NCBI GenBank assembly: GCA_050115495.1
Contig: JASFQK010000063.1
Coordinates: 1 to 17,164 of the forward strand
Direction: 5' to 3'
Length of the DNA: 17,164 nucleotides
Source: Phycisphaerae bacterium
GTDB taxonomy: Bacteria > Planctomycetota > Phycisphaerae > UBA1845 > Fen-1342
Position numbers and translations under genes: made by a program. This document shows, one piece after another, positions 8,701 to 15,750 of the stretch. Under the pieces are notes generated by a model that was not told the DNA's origin, searched no databases, and saw nothing but the letters and a program-made list of their open reading frames with translations. Positions within the stretch are counted from its first letter, which is position 1. Every line of letters starts with the position of its first letter.

Positions 8701-8837
8701 CCGGCCGCCACGGGCAGCCGACGCCAATCGGTGGGCGGGCCGTCAGCGCTCAGCAACTCATCCGCCGCCTGCTGCGGGAGCGCGACTGCCGCCTTGGCGC
8801 CCACGGCACCGATGTCCAAGCCCAGAAATGCCTTCAT
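5682..8837 (-). CDS. PlsA/Ger-like protein: two BcrAD/BadFG-type ATPase activator domains plus a DUF2229-type reductase domain (plasmalogen synthase / glycerol ester reductase family)
   Basis: Activator 1: GLDIGAVG, EMGGETSRY, NGDCAAGTGAFLDQQA, GRCSVFAKSD. Activator 2: GIDIGSVGTK, EIGGQDSKY, MNEACAAGTGSFLEE, ERCTVFMERD. Fe-S motif CRGCGNRC...GDKC. Then VGIPLAM...EPCFPIIVAHGH...VCPW, NFKCGPDSF, FDGHSNDAGMMTRCEAY. ATG 8837 with an AGGGA RBS. Confidence 0.85.
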   Translation of the reverse strand: MKAFLGLDIGAVGAKAAVALPQQAADELLSADGPPTDWRRLPVAAGSLVVLTAPPRRTRGQPLAVARELLAELLAVIPGERVGRLMLTGSGSTLVAEALGTETCNEFQACARAVDALHTDVRTIFEMGGETSRYLRLTPDPASGRLGIVDYSNNGDCAAGTGAFLDQQAARLQYAVEDIGSVVAEAERTAQIAGRCSVFAKSDMIHAQQKGYQPPEVLRGLCHAVATNYKSAVVRGRTVEPPVALVGGVSANTAVVSSLKEVFDLHDGQLLVPEAAESWGAAGAALLATDAGPADAAVVTALLARLSASSDDQQQTFARSRPLALDRVKLLRDQIRPYQVPDVTPVDAFLGIDIGSVGTKLVLIDAAGEVIHSIFTRTEGRPIEVVSRCLGELEEAVGWGVRVRAVGTTGSGRELIGELVGADSINDEITAHKTGATFIGDRLLGRRPDTIFEIGGQDSKYISLQPEGDGSTDTIVVDFTMNEACAAGTGSFLEERAAELGVAIKDEFSRLALSSTAPVKLGERCTVFMERDVNTCMQRGAKLEDIIAGLAYSIAHNYINRVVRGRPVGDCIFFQGGTAYNDAVAAAFSIICDKEIIVPPHNAVLGAIGAALLARERIEATGASTRFRGYDLSRVNYTLREFTCRGCGNRCSIQEFNVEGEKTFWGDKCSDRYRKQVKTERQPVIPDLVALRHELLFRDEGEPVPDNAPTVGIPLAMYTWELLPLWRRFFRDCGLRVVLSDETNRRTTHRGLESVVAEPCFPIIVAHGHVAELVDRGVDYIWLPNLISASERAAGLESHVCPWGATLPFIVRQAPAFRAWQARILCPTIALHEGPRALRTKMVHAARDLGVSPRVARRAFAAAERDLARFRNEYAQAGREALDILKRTGESGMVLVGRPYNMHDAGVSLSVARKLREQYGVNLLPVDVLPVDGDDLDDVNDNMYWTYGRRILAAGKLVRRHPNLHLIYITNFKCGPDSFLKGFMRPAAGKPFLTLQFDGHSNDAGMMTRCEAYLDSKGILRWWRTCQSKPIEEVSPVEPSTSRKCPTPLPG

Positions 8838-9037
8838 GCTCATTCCCTGTGAGCACGTTGTTTCGAAGCGAATCTGTACCGGCACCCCGAGGGCACGGCC
8901 GCGACGCTCGTTCCGCGCCGCGCACGCGAAGTCCGGCAGGGGCAGCGCCCCACTCCCGTCATACACACAGCAGAAAGCATGCCTTCCGCCGCGTCAAGGC
9001 GTTTCTGTCGCTCGCCACCAGTGCCCTGAACGCGGGC

Positions 9038-9046
9038 AGCATAACA
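9038..9046 (-). promoter_or_regulatory. Possible extended -10 promoter (TGtTATGCT) for the lipid cluster
   Basis: Reverse strand reads ATTATGTTATGCT in an AT-rich patch about 200 nt upstream of ATG 8837. No convincing -35. Confidence 0.3.
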
Positions 9047-9095
9047 TAATGGACCCCGGCGGGTTAGGGGAGTTGGGCAGGAATGTGGGGCCGCG

Positions 9096-9185
9096 GCGTT
9101 GAAAAAGGGGACTGGCTCCGTACCGTCAGCTCCGCTCGAAAGCGACGGCCGCACAAGGTCCGGTGCCTGTCCCCTTTCTCAACGC
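9096..9185. repeat. 90-bp MITE/REP-like element with 25-bp terminal inverted repeats
   Basis: gcgttgaaaaaggggactggctccg (9096-9120) versus the reverse complement of 9161-9185, gcgttgagaaaggggacaggcaccg; 22/25 match. Confidence 0.75.
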
Positions 9186-9231
9186 ACCGTTAACGCCACG
9201 TTCAGGTGCAGCGCTCCCTGGCCGGCGGTCG

Positions 9232-9237
9232 TATAAT
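9232..9237 (+). promoter_or_regulatory. Putative -10 box for the TPR gene
   Basis: Perfect TATAAT 40 nt upstream of ATG 9278; no clear -35. Confidence 0.45.
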
Positions 9238-9277
9238 GGGCAGTGGATAACGCACGTCCCCGTGGAGGAGACTGGCC

Positions 9278-10258
9278 ATGATGTTCCCATCGTGCGGCCG
9301 GCTGGTGACGCTGTTCGTGACACTGGGGGTGCTCATTGCCCCCGCTCTCGCCTCGGATGACGACTCGACGCCCCTGTTCGTGATGCACAACGGGCAGCGC
9401 GTGCCAACCGTCATTATTCCGCCGACCGCCGCCGCCGAGGCCGGGGTTCGGCCGGCGATCCTCCAGTACGTCGAGGCCGATCCGCCGCCAGACGCGGAAG
9501 AGCCGGCAACGGACGATGAGGACGCAGAAGTCGGCCTGCCGGCTGACGATTGGCCGGATGAGGATGGCCCGCGCGGGCCGGCCGCCCGGCGGTACGCCAT
9601 CGGGCAATACGCCGGCTATCCGGTCTCGATTCCGTATTACCCGCGGCCGGGTTGGCGGTACGTGCCGTATGCGTCGCCCAAGTACTACGGCGATGTGCTG
9701 AAGGAGACGTATCGCGCCCGACGGTGGATTCGCGATCAGGAACGTGGCCGCGTCACGAATGCCCGCGACATGCAGCGGCGGCGGGCTCGGCTGCTGGCCA
9801 GTCATGAGAAAGCCGTCGCCCTCGGGCTCGAAGAGCTGAAGCAGGGCAACTACGCCGAGGCCGTCATCGCTTTGGAAATGGCCGGTGAGTTGAACCAGGG
9901 CGACCCGGCGTGTCGGATTCATCTGGCCCTGGCCCGGATGGCTCTCGGGCAATACGAGGAAGCAGGCGGCGTTCTCCGCCGGGCGCTCCAGCTTCAGCCG
10001 AAGCTGGCGTACGTGTCGCTCAACCTGGGGTCGTACTACGCTGAACCGGACCAGTTTGACGAGTATGTCGAGGCGCTGATGGACCACGTGCGGGCGGATC
10101 GGCGGCCGGTGGATACGTGGTTCCTGGTGGGGTACGTGCAGTTCCAGCGCGGCAACTACCAGGAGGCGTATACGGCCTTCCGTGGCGTCGCCAGCGCCCG
10201 GCCGGACGACTCGCTGACGAAGAAGTACCTCGACATCACGAAGCCCCCGCGGAACTGA
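9278..10258 (+). CDS. Secreted tetratricopeptide-repeat protein
   Basis: GGAGGAG RBS; signal peptide ending ALA-SDD; acidic and Pro/Tyr-rich linker; TPR-like helices (LGLEELKQGNYAEAVIALE, LALARMALGQYEEAGGVLRRALQLQP, FLVGYVQFQRGNYQEAYTAF). Confidence 0.8.
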   Translation: MMFPSCGRLVTLFVTLGVLIAPALASDDDSTPLFVMHNGQRVPTVIIPPTAAAEAGVRPAILQYVEADPPPDAEEPATDDEDAEVGLPADDWPDEDGPRGPAARRYAIGQYAGYPVSIPYYPRPGWRYVPYASPKYYGDVLKETYRARRWIRDQERGRVTNARDMQRRRARLLASHEKAVALGLEELKQGNYAEAVIALEMAGELNQGDPACRIHLALARMALGQYEEAGGVLRRALQLQPKLAYVSLNLGSYYAEPDQFDEYVEALMDHVRADRRPVDTWFLVGYVQFQRGNYQEAYTAFRGVASARPDDSLTKKYLDITKPPRN

Positions 10259-10287
10259 GCACTCGCATCGCGGGGCACAGACGAAGC

Positions 10288-10626
10288 GCCGGCCGTCTTG
10301 GTAGCGTTGGCTCCCCGTGGCCAACGTCGAACGCCAGGAAACGCAGGCTTCGCGACGTAGCGTCCGACCTCCGTGTCGGACGTCGTTCGGCAACAAGCGC
10401 TTCGATCGCCGGGGGTGTGGCATGCCGAAGCGCAGCGCCGGCATGTGATCCCCAACGCGAGCGGAAGACATGCCGGCGCCTTCGGCTTCAGCATGCCACA
10501 CTCCGGTGAATCGTCAGTCTCCGCGCGGCGCTACTTCGTCCGAGCCACGACCGGCAGGGAGTGGTTGACGCAACCGGCCAGCGTGTGCGCAAACCACCCG
10601 CTCGCTACCGCTCGGGGCTCGGACAG
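10288..10626. repeat. Composite REP/BIME-like repeat, copy 2 (inverted relative to copy 1)
   Basis: Reverse complement aligns with 1874-2241 in the same module order, lacking one internal GTAG unit. GTAG 26-mers at 10301-10326 and 10357-10382. Lies between convergent genes. Confidence 0.9.
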
Positions 10627-10661
10627 ATGTGGTGGCCGCGGGTCGCTCAATCGCTGGCTGC

Positions 10662-11342
10662 TCAATCCCCGCCGGCGGGGTGGGATTCGCGGATTAGGGC
10701 GAACGTCTCGGCGGCTTTGAGGCCGAGGATGCTGCCGCGCCAGGTGGCCAGGGCCGAGATCGCTTCGAGGCTGCGAGCATCTGGGGCCGGGCGGACCTGC
10801 GAGGCGTACGCCCGCATCGCCGCCAGCTTGGCTTCGAGGTCGGCGCTGATGTCGTACCAGACCTGCGGCTCGAACGCCGGCTCGATTTGCGGGGCGGCCC
10901 AGTGCGTCTCCGAAACCGTCTCGTAGCAGAGAATCCGCCGAACGAACGACCGGTCGGCGACGGGCCGCAGCGCCACGAGCGCCGCATCGAACACCTGGCG
11001 GTGATCCTCGTGCCGATCGCCGGGAAACGGCAGGAACACGCACGCCGGCTGCTCGTCGGCGATCAGGCGGCTGAAGGCGTCGTTGAGCTCGTGCTCGGGG
11101 ATGAGGTGCAACGTCGTGACGGGGAGGTCCAGGAACCGCACCTGCTTCACGCCGAGGAGCGCGTTGGCAGCCTGGGCTTCGGCCCGCACCTGGGCGACCT
11201 GCTCATCGGGAAAGAGCGGGGCCCAGCCGCGCGTCGCGATGGCCACCGTGACGTCGTGCCCCTCCCGGCTGAGCCGGTGCATCGTGCCGCCGACGCCCAG
11301 CACTTCATCGTCCGGATGCGGGGCAATGACCAGGACCTTCAT
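10662..11342 (-). CDS. PIG-L/LmbE family N-deacetylase
   Basis: VLVIAPHPDDEVLGVGGT, R-x-x-E, DRHEDH, KLAAMRAYASQ motifs. ATG 11342 with GAGGTG RBS 6 nt upstream. Confidence 0.9.
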   Translation of the reverse strand: MKVLVIAPHPDDEVLGVGGTMHRLSREGHDVTVAIATRGWAPLFPDEQVAQVRAEAQAANALLGVKQVRFLDLPVTTLHLIPEHELNDAFSRLIADEQPACVFLPFPGDRHEDHRQVFDAALVALRPVADRSFVRRILCYETVSETHWAAPQIEPAFEPQVWYDISADLEAKLAAMRAYASQVRPAPDARSLEAISALATWRGSILGLKAAETFALIRESHPAGGD

Positions 11343-11386
11343 CAGCTTCACCTCGCTTGCGCCCGGCGTGATCGTGGCGGCCCATG

Positions 11387-12304
11387 CTACCCGAGCACCG
11401 CATCAACCTCCAGAAGCGACCATGCGTCCATGTGGGCTTCGTCCCCGGCGATTTCGGTGAGCCAGAGCGCGCCGTCGCCGGTGCCGACCAGCACTTCGCC
11501 CGGTCCGCGATGAATCAACACTCGCCCGGGGCTCCGGTTCGACGTTGATTCGGCGGGCTGCGCGGGTCGAGCCCGCCAGATCGTCAGCTTGCGCCCGCTG
11601 CAATGCGTGAACGCGCCGGGATACGGGCGTCCCGCGGCCCGAACCAGCCGATACACCTGGTCCGTCGTCGTCGTCCAGTCAATGAGGCCGTCGGCCGGCG
11701 TGCGCTTCGGGTAGTACGTCGCTTTGCTGTGATCCTGCGGCGTGCGCGGCAGCCTGCCCGCGCGAATCAGCGGAGCCAGTTCGAGCACAACCTCGCCGAG
11801 CACCTCGTTCGTGCGGGCAATGAGGTCTTCAGAGTAGTCGTCCGGCAGGACGGGCACTTCGCGCTGCACGATGATGTCGCCGGCGTCGGCCTCCTCGGCG
11901 AGATAGAACAGGTTCACCGCCGCCCGCGCTCGGCGGAGAATCGTCCACGCGACGGGTGCCCGGCCGCGTCCTTCGGGCAGCATGGTCGGATGGAAGCCGA
12001 CACCGCCCGCCGGCGCGAGACGGATCAGGCGGTCGGGCACGAGTTGCGACAGGCCGATGACCCAGAGCAGATCCGCCGAATGGGCTCGCAGGAACGCTTC
12101 GACACCCGGCTCGCTCACTTTGACGAACGGGTGGAACGGGATGTTCGCCGGCCCGGCCAGCTCGTCGAGTGGGCGATAGTCGGAGATGCGGGTGGCCTGC
12201 GAGCGATCGACGCCGAGCACGCCGGTGACTTCGACGCCGCCACGGATGAACGCGTCGAGCACCTGCCAACTCGAGCTCACGCTGCCGATGAGGGCGACGT
12301 TCAC
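11387..12304 (-). CDS. Formyltransferase (Fmt-like fold; probable sugar N-formyltransferase)
   Basis: GFHPTMLPEGRGRAP, EEADAGDI, TPQDHSKATYYPKRTPADGLIDW, RPYPGAFT motifs. GTG start overlaps the upstream stop (GTGA) and follows a GAGGAGG RBS. Confidence 0.85.
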   Translation of the reverse strand: MNVALIGSVSSSWQVLDAFIRGGVEVTGVLGVDRSQATRISDYRPLDELAGPANIPFHPFVKVSEPGVEAFLRAHSADLLWVIGLSQLVPDRLIRLAPAGGVGFHPTMLPEGRGRAPVAWTILRRARAAVNLFYLAEEADAGDIIVQREVPVLPDDYSEDLIARTNEVLGEVVLELAPLIRAGRLPRTPQDHSKATYYPKRTPADGLIDWTTTTDQVYRLVRAAGRPYPGAFTHCSGRKLTIWRARPAQPAESTSNRSPGRVLIHRGPGEVLVGTGDGALWLTEIAGDEAHMDAWSLLEVDAVLG

Positions 12305-12975
12305 GCGGCGTCCTCCTCGCCGGCGTGGCGGGCGTAGGGGCTCGTCGCGAACGGCCGGGCGTAGCGAGCCTCGCCGCGAAAGACGACCAGGAGCGTCTTG
12401 AGCACGATGCCGAGGTCCATCAGCAGGCTGTGGTGGCGGACATAGTGCACGTCGTAGCGGATGCGCTCGTCCCAGGAGATGGCGGCGTTGCCATTGACCT
12501 GGGCCAGGCCGGTCAGCCCCGGGCGGACGAGCAGCCGCTGCCGCTGGAAGGTGTCGTAGGCGTCGGTCTGTTCCGGCAGCGTCGGCCGCGGTCCGATGAG
12601 CGACATGTCGCCGGTCAATACGTTGATGATCTGCGGCAGTTCGTCGATCTTCAGCCGCCGCAGCAGCCGGCCGGCGGCGGTGATTTCGGGGTGGTTCAGC
12701 GGGACGATTTCGTTGGGGTCGGGGGTCCGCCCGGCCCGCATCGTCCGCAATTTATAGGGCCGAAACGGCCGGCCGTCGCGCCCGGTGCGGACTTGCCGAA
12801 AGAAAACCGGTCCCGGCCCGCCCAGGCGAATCGCGATGATCGCTGCCAGGAGGACCGGGCTGACGAGCAGCAGGGCGAGCAGGGCGAGGACGAGGTCGGC
12901 GGCGCGTTTGGGGCCGCGGGCCCAGAGTGTGCGGGAAACGGCGGGTTCTGGCGGATTGTGCGCTGAACTGGGCAT
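12301..12975 (-). CDS. Bacterial sugar transferase (small monotopic phosphoglycosyl transferase, PglC/WcaJ C-terminal type)
   Basis: KRAADL followed by a hydrophobic helix, GPVFFRQVRTG, YKLRTM, LRRLKIDELPQIINVLTGDMSLIGPRP, RPGLTGLAQVNG. Start codon uncertain. Confidence 0.9.
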   Translation of the reverse strand: MPSSAHNPPEPAVSRTLWARGPKRAADLVLALLALLLVSPVLLAAIIAIRLGGPGPVFFRQVRTGRDGRPFRPYKLRTMRAGRTPDPNEIVPLNHPEITAAGRLLRRLKIDELPQIINVLTGDMSLIGPRPTLPEQTDAYDTFQRQRLLVRPGLTGLAQVNGNAAISWDERIRYDVHYVRHHSLLMDLGIVLKTLLVVFRGEARYARPFATSPYARHAGEEDAA

Positions 12976-13182
12976 TTCTGTCGTGGTCGGATCATGCCCG
13001 ACCCGGCGGCGAAGGACAAGCCCCCGGCGCGTCGTCGGCGGGAAGGGGACAAGCCGAATCGGTCGCGGCTGCCGGGGCGAGTGATCGGACTCGCCGGCCG
13101 GGCTCGGCATGGGGCGCCCGCCGCCGGGCGGATCGTGGGCTGCTGTGGCCTCTGGCGACCGCCGGCGGGCAGAATTTCCGAC

Positions 13183-13211
13183 TTGCCAACCTCAGCCGGG
13201 CGCGTGATAAT
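13183..13211 (+). promoter_or_regulatory. Sigma70-type promoter of the tRNA gene
   Basis: TTGCCA-17 nt-GATAAT, ending 31 nt before the tRNA. Confidence 0.7.
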
Positions 13212-13242
13212 CCGAATCTGTCGGTAGCGACCGGCGTACCAC

Positions 13243-13314
13243 GCGGGTGTAGCTCAGTGGTAGAGCGTCACGTTGCCAACGTGAATGTCGTGGGTTCAAG
13301 TCCCATCACCCGCT
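13243..13314 (+). tRNA. tRNA-Gly (GCC), CCA not encoded; probable integration site
   Basis: Acceptor stem GCGGGTG/CACCCGC, D arm GCTCAGTGGTAGAGC, anticodon arm TCACG-TTGCCAA-CGTGA, T loop GGTTCAAGTCC. Confidence 0.97.
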
Positions 13315-13430
13315 TTGCCGTAAGGCATGCCGAACGCTTGAGTTAGCGTACCCGTGCGACGGAGCACGGTGCGGCCTGAAGCCCTGAGAAATCCGGTACA
13401 TACCGGATTCGGCTTCTGGAGGTCGCACCA

Positions 13431-14813
13431 ATGCCCCGTAGAACGCGAAAAAACGCGGTTCCGCAACTCCCCACCTTCCAGGCTCCCCCCGGCGTCCGTA
13501 TCCCGAAATACCGGCTTCACAAAGTCAGCGGGCAGGCGGTTGTCACGCTCGCCGGCCGGGACTGCTACCTCGGGCGGTTCGGCTCGCCCGAGTCGCACGG
13601 TATGTACCGAGAAGCGGTCGGGCGCTGGCTCGCCGAAGGCCGCCGCGCCCCCGGCGAGACAAAGGACACGCCGCGGTCGGTTGCCGAAGTGCTGCTCGCC
13701 TTCGTCCGCGACGCGGAGGCCCGGTTCGCTGGCCGGCGCGGCGAGGCCCGGCTCATTCACCGGGTGAAGACCGCCATTCGTGGCGTGCGGGAACTCTACG
13801 GCTCGACGCCGGCGGAGAGCTTCGGCCCGCGCGCGTTGTTGGCCGTTCGGCAGCACTGGGTCGAACACGGCTACTGCCGATCGTCGATCAACGACCTGGT
13901 GAAGATCGTGAAGGCCGCGTTCAAGCACGCGGCGAAGCACGAGCTTATCAACCCGAGCGTCTGGCATGGGCTGCTGACCGTGGAGGCGCTCCGCCGTGGG
14001 GAATCGACGGCCCGCGAGCCCCGCAAGGTCAAGCCGGTCCCGCAGACGTTCATCGACGACGCACTGCCGTTCATGGTGCCTCAGGTGGCGGCGATGGTGC
14101 GGCTCCAGTTGGCGACGGGGGCCCGGCCCGGGGAAATCACGATGCTGCGGACGTGCGACCTGGACACGACGGAGCCGGTTTGGCGGTACACACCCGCGTA
14201 CCACAAGGCGGAGGCCCACCACGAGCGCGAAGTGTTTGTCGGCCCGAAGGCGCAGGCCGTTCTGCGGCGGTGGCTCCGGACGGACCTGGAGGGCTTCTGC
14301 TTCCAGCCGCGGGAAGCACGGGCCACGCTAGACGCCGCACGCCGGAAGGCACGCCGGACGCCGCTCTACCCGTCGCACGTCCGAGCCCAGCAGCGCAAGC
14401 GTCGCCAGAATCCGAAGCGTCGGCCGGGGGACCGCTACACCGTGCAGAGCTACCGCGACGCGATTTGGGGGGCGTGCGACAAAGCGGACCGGGCAGCGCG
14501 GGCCGAGGCGGGCCAGCCGCAGTGTGAACAGTGCGCCGGCCGTGGTCGCGTCAAGGTTGACCGCCAGATCGACCGGCCGCTGCTCCGATCGTGCCGAGCG
14601 TGCGGCGGCTCCGGTTTCGTCGGCGAGCGTCTGGTCCCGCGCTGGTCGCCGCATGCTCTCCGGCACAACTTCGCGTCCGTCGCCCGGGCCGAGGCGGGGG
14701 CGGAGTTGGCGCGTGTGTTGCTGGGGCACGCAATCGGGAATCTCAGCGTGACCGAACGCTATGCGGAGGTCGATACCCGGGGCGCGCGGGCGCTGATTGC
14801 GAAGATCGGGTAG
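13431..14813 (+). CDS. Tyrosine recombinase/integrase with an inserted CxxCxGxG zinc ribbon
   Basis: N-terminal PKYRLHKVSGQAVVTLAGRDCYLG; catalytic TGARPGE (R), YHKA (K), HALRH, LLGH, TERY (Y). GGAGGT RBS. Confidence 0.92.
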   Translation: MPRRTRKNAVPQLPTFQAPPGVRIPKYRLHKVSGQAVVTLAGRDCYLGRFGSPESHGMYREAVGRWLAEGRRAPGETKDTPRSVAEVLLAFVRDAEARFAGRRGEARLIHRVKTAIRGVRELYGSTPAESFGPRALLAVRQHWVEHGYCRSSINDLVKIVKAAFKHAAKHELINPSVWHGLLTVEALRRGESTAREPRKVKPVPQTFIDDALPFMVPQVAAMVRLQLATGARPGEITMLRTCDLDTTEPVWRYTPAYHKAEAHHEREVFVGPKAQAVLRRWLRTDLEGFCFQPREARATLDAARRKARRTPLYPSHVRAQQRKRRQNPKRRPGDRYTVQSYRDAIWGACDKADRAARAEAGQPQCEQCAGRGRVKVDRQIDRPLLRSCRACGGSGFVGERLVPRWSPHALRHNFASVARAEAGAELARVLLGHAIGNLSVTERYAEVDTRGARALIAKIG

Positions 14814-14909
14814 GATGATCCGGCCGGGTAGCTCCCGGCCGTCGGCTCGGTGCCCGCGCGGCGGAAAGTGCGACCCCGCCGCCGGGGCCGGGCGCTGGAG
14901 GTCGCACCA

Positions 14910-15395
14910 ATGACCACGAAGCATACCGCGGGCGACGGGCAAGTTCTGGAAGCCGACAAGCTCCCGATGCTGGAAGCGTTGACCCTCGCCCAGCAGAACG
15001 GCGCCACCGTCTCGACGTACACCGCGAGCGGCCCTTGGCTGCCGTGGCGAGAGCTGTCTGAGCGAGAACGGCACTACATCCGGATGGGTAGGGCCCTGGG
15101 CGACTTCCGCTGGTGGATTCGAGTCGGCGCCGCTGTAGCGCCGCCCCCCTGGACGCCACCTTCGACCCACATCGGCGCGAACACGATCATCAACGGCGAC
15201 GAGTTCGCCAAGGGCGGGAAGCGACCGCCCCGCAGCACATTGCAGAACTGGGAGGAAGCCGACCGCCGCGCGGGCGTCCTGAACGACGCCGACGTGCTCC
15301 ACGCACCGGACAACGGGGAAAAACACTACCCTCGCGAGTGGGTTGAGCAACGCATTCGCCAGTGGAGCCCCCGGACGGCTGATCGTAAACCGTAA
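14910..15395 (+). CDS. Hypothetical protein (161 aa), possible C-terminal HTH-like segment
   Basis: ATG 14910 is preceded by the same 18-nt RBS block as the integrase. The C-terminal RSTLQNW...YPREWVE loosely resembles winged-HTH excisionases. Confidence 0.6.
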   Translation: MTTKHTAGDGQVLEADKLPMLEALTLAQQNGATVSTYTASGPWLPWRELSERERHYIRMGRALGDFRWWIRVGAAVAPPPWTPPSTHIGANTIINGDEFAKGGKRPPRSTLQNWEEADRRAGVLNDADVLHAPDNGEKHYPREWVEQRIRQWSPRTADRKP

Positions 15396-15471
15396 CGCAC
15401 GTTACGAAGTGATACGGTCGCGTTTGTGAGGAAGACTTGCGAAGTGAGTAACACTTTGCAGGAGCCTCACC

Positions 15472-15750
15472 ATGATCGACACGACCGTGGAGCAACTCAT
15501 TCCGCTCCGCAAGGCGGCGCGGGTCATCAATCCAGCGAAACCCGCCCACGTCAGTACGATTTGGCGGTGGTCGCTGTACGGCGTCCGCGGCCAGCGCTTG
15601 GAGAGCATCGTCCTAGGTGGGGTTCGGCATACCTCACGTGAAGCCTGCCAGCGGTTCGTACAAGCCCTGAACTCGCCCGGCGCCGTCTCGCCGGCCCCCG
15701 ACCGGCGCGCCGAGCGTGCTGAGGCCGAGCTGGTGCGGCGAGGGTGCTGA
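15472..15750 (+). CDS. DUF1580-like small HTH protein (probable excisionase/AlpA-like)
   Basis: EQLIPLRKAA...HVSTIWRWSLYGVRGQRLESIVLGGVRHTSREACQRF pattern; AGGAG RBS. Confidence 0.8.
   Translation: MIDTTVEQLIPLRKAARVINPAKPAHVSTIWRWSLYGVRGQRLESIVLGGVRHTSREACQRFVQALNSPGAVSPAPDRRAERAEAELVRRGC

Noticed and set aside
4480..8837. Annotation as amino-acid fermentation 2-hydroxyacyl-CoA dehydratase or benzoyl-CoA reductase
   Set aside because: The fused double activator plus DUF2229-type domain matches PlsA/Ger architecture, and there are no CoA-transferase or catabolic neighbours. Not formally excluded.
9179..10501. 440-aa minus-strand ORF whose N-terminus resembles that of ORF 1998-4583
   Set aside because: The similarity comes from translating the shared DNA repeat; the rest is antisense to the TPR gene.
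11387..12304. Housekeeping fmt
   Set aside because: Lacks the typical FMGTPxFA start, has no def neighbour, and sits in a glycan context.
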